A DNA stretch of 64,000 nucleotides from Squalus acanthias (taxonomy: Eukaryota), in NCBI GenBank assembly GCA_030390025.1, contig CM059432.1:27778001-27842000 (forward strand). The letters run 5' to 3'. The notes beneath the pieces were generated by a model, which saw only the letters and a list, made by a program, of their open reading frames with translations, made no database searches and had not been told where the DNA came from. How positions within the stretch are numbered: the stretch's first letter is position 1; each line of letters starts with the position of its first letter. The position numbers and the translations under genes were made by a program. This document shows, in pieces, positions 14,497 through 28,520 of this stretch.

Positions 14497-14583
14497 TTGG
14501 CTTTTCCTGATCTTGTTGAGGGACTATGTCTCATTAATATTAATTCCTGTGCTGAAGGATGGATGGACTGGGCAGCAACCAAG
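14497..14583 (+). CDS. NDRG1: NDRG1 coding exon (LAFPDLVEGLCLININSCAEGWMDWAATK)
   Basis: ttcag acceptor, gtaat donor, 87 bp; CAEGWMDWAA motif. Confidence 0.96.
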
Positions 14584-16039
14584 GTAATGCAATGCTGGAA
14601 GCATTTTATTAAATAAGACATCAAGCGATTCAGCAATACATTCTAACTGCTTGATTAAGCTTGTTCTACTGAATTGTTACATTATCCCAAATGTTATAAT
14701 GGAAGTAGTGTTATCACCAGGTTTATTTCATTTACCAATACACTTGGGAGAATTCCACACTTAAACCATTACACATAAAAAATAGTCATACACTGGTTTT
14801 CATGTAGTTGTATATTTTTGTTTATATGGGAATTTTCAAAAGCTTACATTTATGTAAGTAGTTTCATTATAATTGTCCATATTGGTTAGTAGCCTTCAAC
14901 ATTTAAGGATTAGGGTAGCTCAGGGAGAAGTGTCGGAGGGGCTACACAGGAGTTGTCCTACCTCTGTTGGAGTGTCACTAGTTTGAATCATGATTCTTGT
15001 GGTGCTTGGATCAGGTAGTTATTAGGATTTTTCCTCTAGTACCCACCCCTCTGCATGGTGTGTTGGGCAATTGCATAGACTTCCAGGAATGGGATCTAAA
15101 CAGCTTAGTGGTCTCCTGTCCCAGGAAGAGACCATACATCACTCAATCCAACTGGCATTTGTCCCATTGACACTTAATTTAGATTTGTGGTGGAGGAGGG
15201 GGTGAGGTCTTGTCATAGCAAAGGATAAATCTTCTGATACTTGCACTGACTTGCATGAGGAGGACCCACAAACTCTTGAGGGAAGCCCAGCAGGTAGGCA
15301 AGTGGTTGCCAATACACTGCTCTCTGAATCTGCTCACTTTTGTACCACTGCCAGTATTTCATCTTTGTATTGCATCAATTCAACTGCTTTCAGGCACAAA
15401 CTGGATTTGAAAGCCTTTCTTCACAATTCAGGTAGACCTAGTAGGAAAGTTTCACTTTAGTGAAACACTAATGACAACACAGACACTTGGTGTGTCTCAG
15501 TTGTCCCCTGTTGCTATGTTAGGTTCTAAAACTACTGATTTAAAGGCAACTTGTAAGCAGGTGTTTCATTTTAAACTTTCCTTGATGTGCAATTTCTGCT
15601 CCAATGACTTGTGCTCCTCCTTCAACTGACTGCCAGGGACTGTACTGACGGGTCCTCGACTGCAGTCTCCTGCTGCTGAAATCCTGCTCCCACCCACTGC
15701 CCAGGTAGTGGATTGGGCAGGTCTCTCGGAAAATTTATGGAAATAAGGCCTAGCTGTTAATATCAACCAGACCTCCACATCTACAGGTTCAATGCCCGTG
15801 CTCTGTACCCTGCTTCCCCCCCCACCCCCCCGGTTAAAATCGAGACCTACATTTCTGGTGTTGACCATAATTACTCTGATAAATGGTCTGCATCTGATGT
15901 ATTAGTTCATCTTTTCTCTTTACATCTGCTGACTGACTTGTGCATTTTATATATTTTTTTAATTCATAATCTAATAACCCAGGGTCCAATAGTGCATTTT
16001 GATGGTATATTGACCAGACTGATAAATTGTGGATTATTA

Positions 16040-16925
16040 TAGAATGGTTACAGCACAGAAGGAAGCCATTCGGCCCGTCAAGCCCGTGCCAGCCCTCTGC
16101 AAGAGCACTTCAGCTAGTCCCACTCCCCCACCCTTTCCCTGTAGCCCTGCAAATTATTTTCCTTCAGGTACTTATCCAGTTCCCTTTTGAAAGCCACGAT
16201 TGAGTCTGCCTCCACCACCCTTTCAGGCAGTGCATTCCAGATCCTAACCACTCGCTGCGTAAAAAATATTTTCCTCATGTCGCCTTTGGTTCTTTTGCCA
16301 ATCACCTTAAATCTGTGTCCTCTGGTTCTTGACCCTTCTGCCAATGGGAACTGTTACACACTATTTACTCTGTCCAGACCCCTCATGATTTTGAACACCT
16401 CTGTCAATCTCCTCTCAATCTTCTCTGCTCTAAGGAGAAAACCCCAGCTTCTCCAGTCTATCCACGTAACTGAAGTCCCTCATCCCTGGAATCATTCTCG
16501 TAAATCTTTTCTGCACCCTTGCTAAGGCCTTCACATCCTTCCTAAAGTGCGTTGCCCAGAATTAGACACCATACTCCAGTTGAGGCCGAACCAGCGTTTT
16601 AGAAAGGTGGTTCATAACTTCCTTGCTTTTGTACTCCATGCCTCTATTTATGAAGCCCAGGATCCCGTATGCTTTTTTAACCGCTTTCTCAACCTGCCCT
16701 GCCACCTTCAACGATTTGTGCACATAAACCCCTAGGTCTCCTGTTCATGTGCACCCCCTTTAGGATTGTACCCTTTAGTTTATATTGTCTCTCCTCATTC
16801 TTCCTACCAAAATGTATCACTTCACACTTATCTGCGTTAAATTTTATCTGCCACGTGTCTACCCATTTCACCAGCCTGTCTGTCTTAAAGTCTATCACTA
16901 TCCTCCACACTGTTCACTATACTTC
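16040..16925 (-). mobile_element. CR1 3' fragment
   Basis: TRGHRFKV..FFTQRVVRIWNALP. Confidence 0.88.
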
Positions 16926-16974
16926 CAAGAATTTTGTCCTTTCGCTGCCCCACACCCCCTGCAATGCCCTATGT

Positions 16975-17755
16975 TAGATTCATACAGCACAGAAGGAATC
17001 CATTTGGCCCATCATGTCTGTGCTGGCTCTTTGATAGAGCTATCCAATTAGTACCACTCTCCAGCTCTTTGCCTATAGCCCTGCAAATTTCTGCTTTTGA
17101 AGTATATATCCAATTCCCTTTTAAAAGTTACTATTGAATCTGCTTCCATCAACCTTCCAGGCAGTGCATTTCAGATCATTATAACTCGCTGCATTTCTTC
17201 TCATCTCCCCTCTGCTTTTTTGCCAATTATCTTAAATCTGTGTCCTCTGGTTACTGACCCTTCTGCCGGTAGAAACTGTGACCTCCCTATCCAAACCCCT
17301 CGTAATTTTGAACACCTCTATTAAATCTCCCCTTAACCTTCTCTGCTCGAAGGAGAGCAATCCCAGCTTCTCTTGTCTTTCCACATAACTGAAGTCCCTC
17401 ATCCTTGGCATTATTCTGGTAAATCTCCTCTGCCTCCTCTCCAAAGCCTTGACATTTTTCCTGAAGTGTGGTGCCCAAAATTGGACACAATACTCTAACT
17501 GAGGCCTAACTAGTGATTTATAAAGGTTTAGCATAGCTTTCTTGCTTTTGTACTCTATGCTTCTGTTTATAAAGCAAGGGTCCTGTATGCTTTTTTATCA
17601 ACTTGTCCTGCCACCCTCAAAGATTTATGTATGTGAACCCCTCTCCTCACTTTTCCTTCCACAATGCATAACTTCACACTTAATCTGCGTTAAATTTCAT
17701 CTGCCCATTTAACCAGTCTGTCTGTCCTCCTGAAGTCTGCTACTATCCTCCTCAC
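16975..17755 (-). mobile_element. CR1 3' fragment, tandem to the previous copy
   Basis: [19 protein letters not shown]. Confidence 0.88.
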
Positions 17756-17872
17756 TTGTGTTATGTTACATAACAAGCTGCAAGATGTGGTTGGTTTTCA
17801 GAGAGAAAAAAGGAGGTGCTGTGTAATGTGTGAGTTAAGTTAGTGAAATGATTTTGTTTTGTTTTCTCCTAG

Positions 17873-17929
17873 ATTACTGGTTGGACCTCTAACCTATCAG
17901 ACGTTGTGATCTCTCATCTGTTTGGAAAG
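17873..17929 (+). CDS. NDRG1: NDRG1 coding exon (ITGWTSNLSDVVISHLFGK)
   Basis: cctag acceptor, gtgag donor, 57 bp, phase 0/0. Confidence 0.95.
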
Positions 17930-18374
17930 GTGAGGTCAGCATTTATGTATCTCATTCATACCGTGATGTGGTTCGAGCATTATTCCATCATGAGATTAAT
18001 GCTGATTTTAGCTTGGTTCAGTCCTCTCTACCAAGTAGGGTAGGGGTTACATAATTTAAGTCTCCCTGGGAATCCTCAACATTGTCTTTCTACCCCATGC
18101 AGTCTCATGACGTTTGATTTGAATGGAAAGAAACCAGCTGATTATCACCTTTTCATTCTTCCCCCACCCTTCAATTGATGAATTTTGTTTACTTAATTTT
18201 GTTTGGAGGAAGCTCTGTGGGAAAGCAAGGGCACAGAATTTACTCTGGGTGGTACTATTAAACAACCAGAGTTGTTTGCTGATGATTTCAGTGTTCAGCT
18301 TCATTCACTCCTGATTATGAAACAATCCATTTTGGCTTACAACACGACCTGGATAACAAGCAGACTTTTGATAA

Positions 18375-19075
18375 CAAGTGGCAGGTACAATTTGTCAGGT
18401 AATGACTAACTCCAACATCTTCCTCCTGATCTACAATGGCACTGCCATCAGAGTCCCCCACCATCAACATCTTGGTTGTGGGGGGGGGGAGGGGTTGTTA
18501 CCGTTGACCAGAAGCTTAACTTGGACCAGCCATATCAACGCTATGGCTACAAGTGCAGGCAAAGGCTGGGTACTTTGATGAATGGCCACCTTGACCCCTC
18601 AAGCATCTTCTCCACCAGGCCAAATCTCAAGTCAGGCGTGTCATGGAATACTTAACCACTCACCTGGATGGGAGCACTGCAACAGCACTAAGATTGACAT
18701 CCTGTAGAACAGCATTCAGCATGATTGGCACTCCTGAAACTGGATTCAAAATCTACCTGCCGCATACATGATCTACAGAATGCCAAAGCAGTAACTCATA
18801 AAAGTTACTTTGACAGCATGTTGCTGCCTTGTGACTTCTACCACTGAAGAACAAGAGCCACAATGTCGTGAGGATACCATCAAAGTTGCATGCTAGCCCA
18901 ACTTAGGCATCTATTGCTGTTCTGTCATATTTGCTGGCTCAATATTGGGCTGCTCCCTTGATGGTTTTCGCTACAAAATACCTATGAGGATTGAAGCAGT
19001 TGAAGGCTCAATACCACCTTGGAGCAACTAGGGATGCTCAATAAATGTGATCTTGTCAGCATCACGCACTTCCCA
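18375..19075 (+). mobile_element. Decayed 3' fragment of the undetermined LINE family
   Basis: Similar to 27130-27545 and 35905-36340. Confidence 0.6.
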
Positions 19076-19199
19076 AGAACAAGTTAAAAATATTGGCTCC
19101 CAGGTCATTGATGTAAAAACAAAATGTAAAATTATCATTGGATTTTAAAATTTGAACATTGTAAAGAAATGCTACCAATTTTGAATAGATGTACCCTTG

Positions 19200-20675
19200 G
19201 TAAGCAACAACTTGTATTTATATAGCGCCTAGCGCCTTTAACGTAGTAAAACGTCCCAAGGTGCTGCACAGGAGTATTATAAGACAACAAATTTGATACC
19301 AATCCACATAAGGATAAATTAGGGCAGGTGACAAAAGCTTGGTCAAAGAGGTAGGTTTTAAGGAGTGTCTTAAAGGAGGAAAGAGAGGCAGAGAGGTTTA
19401 GAGAGGGAATCCCAGAGCTTGGGGCCTAGGCAACAGAAGGCACGGCCACCAAAGGTTGAGTGATTATAATCGGGGATGCTCAAGAGGGCAGAATTAGAGG
19501 AGTGCAGATATCTGGGGGGGGGCTGAAGGAGATTAGAGATAGGAAGGGGTGAGGCCATGGAGGGATTTGAAAACAAGGATGAGAATTTTGAAATTGAGGT
19601 GCTGCTTAACCGGGAGCCAATGTAGGTCAGCGAGCACTGGGGTGATGGGCGAACAGGACTTTGTGCGGGTTAGGACACGGGCAGCCGAGTTTTGGATGAC
19701 CTCAAGTTTACGTAGGGTGGAATGTGGGAGGCCAGCCTGGAGTGCATTGGAATAGTCAAGTCTAGAGGTCACAAAGGCATGGATGAGGGTTTCAGCAGCG
19801 GATGAGCTGAGGCAAGGGTGGAGACGGGCGATGTTACAAAGGTGGAAGTAGGCGGTCTTTGTTATGCTGCGGATATATGGTCGGAAGCTCATTTCAGGGT
19901 CAAATATGACACCAAGGTTGCGAGCAGTGTGGTTCAGCCTCGGACAGATGTTAGGGAGAGGGATGAGTCAGTGATTAGGGAACAGAGTTCGTGGCGGGGA
20001 CCGAAAACAAAAGCTTCGGTCTTCCCACTATCACCCTGAACTGTATGTCGGACCAGCAGTCTGACAATTTAGACGCCGTGGAGAGGTCGAGAGAAGAGGT
20101 AGAGCTGGGTGTCGTCAGCGTACATGTGGAAACTGACGCTGTGTTTTTGGATGATGTCACCAAGGGGCAACATGTAGATGAGAAATAGGAGGGGGCCAAG
20201 GATAGATGCTTGGGGGACACCAGAGGTAACAATGCAGGAGTGGGAAGAGAAGCCGTTGCAGGTGATTCCCTGGTTACGATTAGATCGATAAGAATGGAAC
20301 CAGGCGAGTGCAGTCCCACCCAGCTGGATGACAGTGGAGAGGCGTTGAAGGATGGAGTGGTCAACTGTGTCAAAGGCTGTAGACAAGTCAAGAAGGACGA
20401 AGAGGGATAGTTTACCTTTGTCACAGTCACAAAGGATGTCATTTGTGACTGATAGAGCTGTTTCGGTACTGTGGCAAGGGCGGAAACCTGATTGGAGGGA
20501 TTCAAAAATGGAATTGCGGGAAAGATGGGCACGGATTTGGGAGGCGACAACACGTTCAAGGACTTTGGTGAGGAAAGGAAGGTTGGAGATGGGGCTGTAG
20601 TTTGCAAGGACGGAGGGATCAAGGTTTGTTTTTTTGAGGAGAGGTGTGATGATGGCAGATTTGAGGAAGAGGGGG
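19200..20675 (-). mobile_element. L2-clade LINE, 5'-truncated and decayed
   Basis: AFDTVDH, GVPQASILGPLLF, YADDTQLY, SRLDYSN and LHWLPV motifs across frames; GCTATATAAATACAAGTTGTTG tail. Confidence 0.9.
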
Positions 20676-20891
20676 AAGCAAACCTAGGAAGCTTAGCCAA
20701 GTTTGTAGCAACTGTAGATTTGTAATAGTTTTTAAGTGATTTATATTGTGTATAATAACATGGTTGATTTTTATAAGTAAAATCTTTGCCCACTGCCATT
20801 TTTTTTTAATTTTGCTTAAGTATCTCCTGTAATTAGGTGTGTTATGATATTGCAATTAACATTGTCTAATATATTTGCAATCTATTTTTAG

Positions 20892-20995
20892 GATGAAATG
20901 AACGCTAATCCTAGTTTGATCCAGATGTACCGCACTCACATTTCTAGTGAGCTTAATCACAACAATCTGCAGCTTTTTGTTGATTCATACAACAG
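20892..20995 (+). CDS. NDRG1: NDRG1 coding exon (DEMNANPSLIQMYRTHISSELNHNNLQLFVDSYNS)
   Basis: tttag acceptor, gtaaa donor, 104 bp; NLQLF..SYN motif. Confidence 0.94.
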
Positions 20996-23801
20996 GTAAA
21001 GTAGCACTGGATCCCTTTTCATAATTTAACAAAAATTAAATCGCATGTCTTGGGTAAAGGCACTGTCCTGTGAAGCAGAGCCATACAGAGCTAGGTTGTT
21101 ACCAGGTTCACTTGCAGTCTGTGCTGTTTTTAGCAAGGCCGCAGTTCTGAGCCAGGAGGGGGATAAAATCAGTCAGGGTTCCTGATTGTATTGACTCCTG
21201 CTGGATATATGTATCTGGGCATTTGGTGAAGACAGGACCAGGCTCTGCTGTGCTCAGATAAATTTTGCCAGCATTTGCTGTCTAAGTGTTCGTGAAGAAC
21301 ATGCAAAATATACTGGACAGGAAAAGACCAGCTCATCCATCTAGCCTGTCCCATACAGTAGTGAATTGTTATGCTTCATGATTTAAAACATTCCCTACCC
21401 ACCTGGGTCCTTGTATCCTCCTGGAAGAGGTGAAAAACAGATTAAAAACCCAAGGCTAATGAGGGGGTGAAATCTGGGTAATTACCCTCCCAACTCCCCT
21501 TCACGTCAATTGAAACTAGTCCAGGAGACCACAGTGGCCATGACATGTTACTTGCGACCTACCTCTTGTATATGTGATCGTTGATTCAGCCAGAAACCAG
21601 TCTAGCTCTCTTTTGAAGGCATACAGCGAATTGGCACTCTCGACATGAGCCAGCAACTCGTTCCGTAGGTCTACTAATCTGTAGAAAAGGAGAACCGTCT
21701 AACAGAGTTCTACCCTTGTGTATGGGTAGAACCCTGGTCCTTTCCAACTTATCTAATTCAAATCCGTCAGAGTGGACACAATTTAGTCTCTTATTATTTA
21801 TAAACTTCAATCAAATTGGCTGTATATCTGCTTTTCTTCAAAGTAGATAGATCTAGCTTTTAAGCCTATCTAGGTAGAAAGACCACTTGGGTGAGGTATC
21901 CGAGAACACCTCTGAAACCGAACCCAACAAGAGTTAGAGAAAGAAGGAAAGACTTTTTTTTAAGCATTCATTCATGGGATGTGGTCGTCACTGGCAAGGC
22001 CAGCATTTATTGCCCTTCTATAATTGCCCTTGAGAAGGTGGTGGTGAGCTGCCGCCTTGAACCACTGCAGTCCATGTGGTGAAAGTACTCCCACAGTGTT
22101 GTGTTGATGTAGCACCTTTCGTGACATCATTTACAGCCATTGAGGTACTTTTTTTTGTGTTTGTGATGGTTGAGGCATAATTATTGGCCAGGACACCGGA
22201 ATAACTCTCCTGCTCTTCAAAGAGCACCGTGGATCTTTTACGTCTACCTAAGGGCAGACTAGGCCTCGGTTTAACGTCTCATCCAAAAGACGACCTCCAA
22301 CAGTGTAACACTCCCTCAGTATTGCACTGCCGTGTCAGCCTAGATTGTGCTTGCGTCTCTGAAGGGGGACTTGAACCCACGACCTTCTCCGTGGTGCGAG
22401 TGCTACTACTGAGCCAAGGCTGGCGCATTAGTGGCATCAAGTAACAAGAGAAAATTTGGAACTGAAGGATTGACTTGATTTGCAGCTCAGCAGACAGTTA
22501 TTTAAACTGTTAGCTTTATAAATAATTTAGTAAACGATTGTGTAGTTTGATCCCTTATTCCCTTGTGCATCTTCTCTGAATTTCACAATAGCTCATTACA
22601 TTGGTTTTGGGAACTGGACAATTGGAAGCTGAAGACCCCATAATCAATTAGTTTTGCTTTTTCTTCCAGCCTAGGAACTGTATGTCCTCACTAACTCCCT
22701 CGAAAGTAGATTTGGTACATTTTTTTTGTTATACAGCTTTGACCAATGGGTACTAGCTACCTGTGGAGTACACAAGTCTGTTGGATTGCAGCATTTTAAT
22801 GGTAAACTCTGTGGAGCTAAATTAAAATATTCCCTAGTTGGTGGTATAATGTGTTTGAGCACCAGTGTGCAGGCCAAGGTATGGTGGAACGTTAAGTTAA
22901 TTCTAAAGAACAGTACAGATTATGGACCATTGATCTACCGAGCTCATCCTTGCAAAGAAACCTTCTCTTCTTCCCTTGCTCCCACCCCATCACAGCATCC
23001 AACTGCCTCTTGAATCACTCCAGGTTTTGCCTCCACTACCCCACTGAGAAAACGAATCCAGTTATTAATCACTTGTGCAAGGAAGTGCTTCCTGACTTTA
23101 GTCTGATCTTGCAGTTTGCTCATTAGTACCTTTTTGTCCTACAGTTACTTCAAATAGTGTATCAGTTCGGATTAACCTTTTCTATTCCACTTGTGATGAC
23201 TCACTTGAGCAGAGTTTGAACCTGTGTGGGTAAACCCCATTAAACTTTTGGCCATTGCAACCAGTTGTCAAATCCTCGCTCTGTTTTTCTGTCGCTGCAC
23301 CAGTTAATGGAGAGAGTATAGATCAGGCACTGCTTCTCAAACAGACAGGTGGAGGGGGGAAAATTACCAGAAGCAGTAGTCATGGACCACTCTTGCATAC
23401 TCTGGCTGCTTGTTCAAAGCAGCATTACTTGGGTAAGTCTGGGTCGTTAACCATCTCAACCTCAGGTTGTCAGAAATGGGGGGGGGGGGGTGTGTGAAAT
23501 TCAGGGGTACACGCTCTCAAAAGAAGAGTGCCCACTGTGGCTTTGTGAAATTGAAATATGTTGGGCACACTTGTGCCTGAGGGGCTTTAATGTTTAAAAC
23601 ACGAGTGTAGTTGCGTAGTGTAGATTTGGCAGAACATATTAGGTTGAATAGTGGAGGGATGAGGAAGGAGAGAAGGCTATAAAGGGGGAAATGCAAATTA
23701 AACAAAGTAAAGCTCCTACTGGCTTTCTTGGAAGAATTTTTAACATAGGCAATTTAACTCTCAAACTGACCCACTTAAAGATGTGTTTTTCCTTTTTGCA
23801 G

Positions 23802-23864
23802 CCGAAGAGACCTGAATATTGAGCGCCCGCTTCCTGGAACGCATCACAACATTCCTACTTTACA
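23802..23864 (+). CDS. NDRG1: NDRG1 coding exon (RRDLNIERPLPGTHHNIPTL)
   Basis: tgcag acceptor, gtgag donor, 63 bp; RRDLxIERP motif. Confidence 0.95.
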
Positions 23865-24236
23865 GTGAGTTTGATTTATTTAGAAGTCCTTTTATAACTC
23901 CCAGAAGATGAATTTGGAAATGTTTGGTAGAAACTAGTCTGATTTTGTTTTGAAATTTATAATGGCAGTGAAGAATATTTGGGGTGGTGCAATAAAAGAA
24001 TGAAACATTCTGAGTTGGGCTAGTCATTAGAAGTCCAAATGTATTGCAGCCTTTTCCAGCCATGATTAAAACAGCTTTTTTTTTTAAAATATCTATTTCC
24101 AAAACTTTTACTTACACAGGCCAACCAGTTAGACTTTCTCGTGGAAAGGTTTCTTAATGCACCAAGTACTGGTAAGACTATATGGTCTAGGTATTCACCA
24201 TCAGTTGTGCTGATCAATATTTTGTTTTGTTTGTAG

Positions 24237-24288
24237 ATGTCCTACTTTGCTAGTGGTTGGAGACAGTTCACCTGCAGTGGATGCTGTG
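24237..24288 (+). CDS. NDRG1: NDRG1 coding exon (CPTLLVVGDSSPAVDAV)
   Basis: tgtag acceptor, gtatg donor, 52 bp; LLVVGDSSPAVDAV motif. Confidence 0.96.
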
Positions 24289-26096
24289 GTATGTTAAGAT
24301 TACTATCCAGATTACATGAATTTCTTGTTCAAACTTTCAGTTTTTACAAAGATAACTGCTTATTGAGGACATGGCAACCATGTTGCCTATTGAGCTTTTG
24401 CTCAAATTCCCCTGTGCTAACACCCTTTGCCTTTAAATAACCACAAAAATGGAAACTGCAGTTATTTAATTTTGAGTGCCATTTAAGTTGGGGGTAGCAG
24501 GGAGTGCTCACATTTCAATTAAATTAAATTCTTGGGAGATCTCATGAAGGAGTTTTATTTTGCATCAATACCAATATTCAGGTACTCTTGTGGCTAAGAA
24601 GCTGAATGAAATGGATTCCATTCCCCAGTGCTAACTTGCACTTTATCTCTGTTAACAAGTCATCAAAATAATAAATGCCTGAAATAATTTCTAATGGATA
24701 ATGCATGAAGTCTGGCTTTCTTGGAGTCTGTACTGAAGTTCAGTGGTTTTAATTACAAGTGGCTATTAGTGAAACACAAGTTCTTGAAGTTAACTGAACC
24801 TCTCCTAACTCTTGCTGGAATAATAGACCAAAGTGGCCTGCCTACTCAAACCCCAGCATAAACCTTGTTGATGCAGTATAGATTATTTTGCAACTAGTAA
24901 AGGCAACAAAATCTACATCCTTTAAAGATTATAATGTGTGGAAATCAATCATGTAGAGACTCAAAATAATCCTTGGTATAATGGTAGTGCACTTGTCCAT
25001 AAATGTTCAGAAATCTACCACTAAGGTGATAGAACAAGATGTGTGATTGTGTTTGCACCCACAAATTCATAATCTTCACAATGCCATTCTCGAGAGGTGC
25101 TTAATGGAGACCAGGAACTCGTACCATGGAGTGAGGTAGATTGCTTCAGGTCACTTTTGACCCCCCAAATATTCGTCCTCTTGATTGGCTTGAACTGGGA
25201 TAGCTGACCCTAGGGAGCAGTGAACTCCACTATGCTGTGACGAGATGGAGGAAATTAAATTGGCATGACTCCTGAAACACTAGTCGTTAAATAAAAATTG
25301 ATTTCTGTACAAGGAATGTAGTGTCACTAGAATTACACTAAATCATTATACTAGGCATGTGAAATTGTCATACTGTATTTGAACTGTAAAAAGCACCTTG
25401 CTTTTAGGTTTTTGTTCTTTCAAACTTGAAACATGATGCGTTGCAAAGCAGTTGGGCGAAGTCTTGTTAGCTGCAAGTCTGAGTGGTAATGCAGCAGTTT
25501 GAGAAGTTTTAATTCATTATCATATTAGGAATGTGTCCTATAACATTAAAATATATTGAGTGCGATTTCCCCAATAGATTAGTGGATTTATCCAGTGAGT
25601 TGCTGAGCCATACAGACCAGGAAGGCTCCAATAATGAATACAGATGTTGGTGAAAATGGACTTGTCTATTATGCCCTCTTTCTCTTGGAGTCCGAGGTCT
25701 TCCCTCCATTAAGTTTGGATAACTTGATAACAGTTGCCGGCGCAATTCACACTTAAATAATTGCTTCATGAGTAAGTTACTAGAGAGTGTGCGCCGTCAG
25801 TGCAAGGAGTCGGTGCCTTGAGGAGCGAAAATTGGCAACAAACTATTGATTTAGGTAGAATTTACTTGTACTTAAATTGTGTTCCGATACACTAAGCCTG
25901 GGGATAATCCTGTATGTTACACAAAGCAGCTTCTCTATCAAAATTGGAATTGAAACCGTGTGGGTTATTCTCATCTATTGCTCAGATTGTGCAGGATGTA
26001 TTTATTTAAATTGGGACTCTCTACTGGCTGGGTATGAAGCTGATCACTTATCTATGTAAAAGTGCTTAATGGTAAAATGTTGATAATCTCTTTCAG

Positions 26097-26144
26097 GTTG
26101 AATGTAATACTAAGCTTGATCCAACAAAGACTACTCTGCTAAAG
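26097..26144 (+). CDS. NDRG1: NDRG1 coding exon (VECNTKLDPTKTTLLK)
   Basis: ttcag acceptor, gtaat donor, 48 bp. Confidence 0.96.
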
Positions 26145-27129
26145 GTAATGCAATGTAACTGCACATAGGCAAAATGTTGGCATACTGTTTTAAATGGTTG
26201 TCAAACTAGTTTGAGAATACTGAAGCTTTCATTGCTGCCAAAAGAAAAGTTTACAGGAAGCCATTGTCACTTGCAGTTTGAAGCAGAATGTGTATGAACC
26301 TAAAGTTTAAAAAAAAATCAGTCTTTTACATGGTAAACTCAGTTTTTGTTTTGGCCTCCAAACCAAATCATTAGTTTCAATCTTTAGGGAGGACAAGATA
26401 GAATAGGGTAATGGGGATGTCCTTTTGGAAATGATCTTGCAAGTAGTGGTTTGTGCAGAATTTTGAGATTGGACCTAGTGTTTGATTGCAGACTACATGC
26501 AGTGCAATAATGTCAAAAGTGAGACTTGGGGAGTGAACCTGCTCAGGCAGACCACTTCAATATGACCTATTTGCCCAACCTTTTAGATTTAGAAGCCACT
26601 AAATTTTAATAAGCTTCAATATCCAGCTGTCGACTCAAACTTCAATACCTATAATAACTTCTCTTGGTAATATTTTCAGTTTTTGTAATTGTTCTACTAA
26701 CTTTTTTGAAAGAGTCTACAATAATGAAGCACTCTGTACCTTATCCTATAAACAGAAGGTACTGAATTTCCTACCCTTTAAACTTCACAGGCCTTGCAGT
26801 TTTTCACCAGGTATTTGTGTTTCAACTGTTGTAACCCTGCAGGAAAATAGATGCCTTGCATGATGCACAAACATTTTACTGTGGCTTACTCCAATAAACC
26901 TACAACTTATTATTAAAAAGTAAGAGGCCTTTGAGTTATTATGCGAGTAACCGAACGGTGTTTGGAAGTGCTAGTAGTTGGCAGAGTACAGCAAAAAGCT
27001 GCTGCTTTAATGCCCACTGCAATACACATGCCAGTGTAGTAGGAAATGTATCAAATGTTCCAGCAACTAATGAAGAACTGCTTGTGAGGTATTTGACGCT
27101 ACGCACTATACGCAATTATCTGTGTGACA

Positions 27130-27545
27130 TATGCATGATCGGCACCCCATCCACCACCTTAAACATTCACTCCCTCCACCACCGACGCAACGTGGCTCCA
27201 CTGTGTACCATTTGCAAAATGCACTGCAGCAACTCGCCAAGGCTGCTTTGACAGCACCTCACAAGCCCACAAACTCTACCACCTAGAAAGACAAGGGCAG
27301 CAGGTGCATGGAAACACCACCACCTCCAAGTCACACACCTCCCTGATGGAAATATATTGTCATTCCTTCATTGTCGCTGGGTACAAATCCTGGAAAACTC
27401 TACCTAAAAGCACTGTGGGGGTACCTTCACTACACAGACTGCAGCGGTTCAAGAAGGTGGTTCATCACCACCACCTTAAGGGCAATTAGGGATGGGTAAT
27501 AAATGCTGGCCTCGTCAGCAACGCCCACATCCCAGGAATGAATGA
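27130..27545 (+). mobile_element. 3' fragment of the undetermined LINE family
   Basis: IHSLHHRRNVAPLCTICKMHCSNSPRLL; 3' end with AATAAA and a (TGAA)n-like tail; related ends at 21965-22090 and 60350-60420. Confidence 0.75.
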
Positions 27546-28236
27546 AAAATATATATACTCGGACAAGTGTTTTTTGTTTCCAGACTTGGTTTTCTTTAAA
27601 AAGAACCAAAGACTAAAATGCCCTAGGTTCTTACTATTGAATTCCTGAGTGATTCTAGTTGCTAGATGTTTTTTCCATAATGTCTTAAAGGTGAAACCTA
27701 ATGTATTGAAAATGCACATATTGCTGTGTTGTGCTGAAAATTGGTTGGAGTTACTGTGGAAATTTTGGCGGAAGGAGGAGTTTAATACAACAAAAGCTGT
27801 TCCCAAGCTGCATGTAACTGGGGAGTTTTGAAATGCACAGTAACAAGGCAACCTCTAGACCTCTGTAAATGCAGATTCAGAGGATAGGGCTTAATGTACC
27901 CTATTTAAAATGGAGGTGCGGGGGGAGAAAGTTATTGAGGGATAAATATTGGCCAAGACACCAGAAGAACTCAACCTGCTCTTCTTGGAATAGTGTCATG
28001 AGATTTTTTACATCCACCTGAAAGGGCAGATGGGGCCTCGGGTTTTAACATCTGAAAGACTGCACTGCACCTCTGTCTGAAGTGTCAACCTACATTATGG
28101 GCCGGAATTTGCGGTGGGTAATAATGATGAACTAACAGCCTTCGCCGTTACTACCCCTTTGAAACTGACCGCAACTTCAGGATGTAGCGCATGCGCATCT
28201 AAAGGCAGAAATCCTGACTTTGTGGTCAGTCGTTCA

Positions 28237-28520
28237 CTGCTCCGACACTGGCTGTACTGTGCCCCCCTCCCCTGCTCCGACACTGGCTGTACTGTGCCCC
28301 CCTCCCCTGCTCCGACACTGGCTGTACTCTGCCCCCCTCCCCTGCTCCGACACTGGCTGTACTGTGCCCCCCTCCACTGCTCCGACACTGGCTGTACTGT
28401 GCCCCCCTCCACTGCTCCGACACTGGCTGTACTGTGCCCCCCTCCACTGCTCCGACACTGGCTGTACTGTGCCCCCCTCCACTGCTCCGACACTGGCTGT
28501 ACTGTGCCCCCCTCCCCTGC
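28237..28520. repeat. Minisatellite, 8 copies of a 35-bp unit (CTGCTCCGACACTGGCTGTACTGTGCCCCCCTCCM)
   Basis: Unit starts at 28237, 28272, 28307 ... 28482; near-identical copies with no spacers. Confidence 0.95.

Noticed and set aside
19975..20799. 274-aa minus-strand ORF
   Set aside because: Off-frame reading of a decayed L2 element plus flanking intron.
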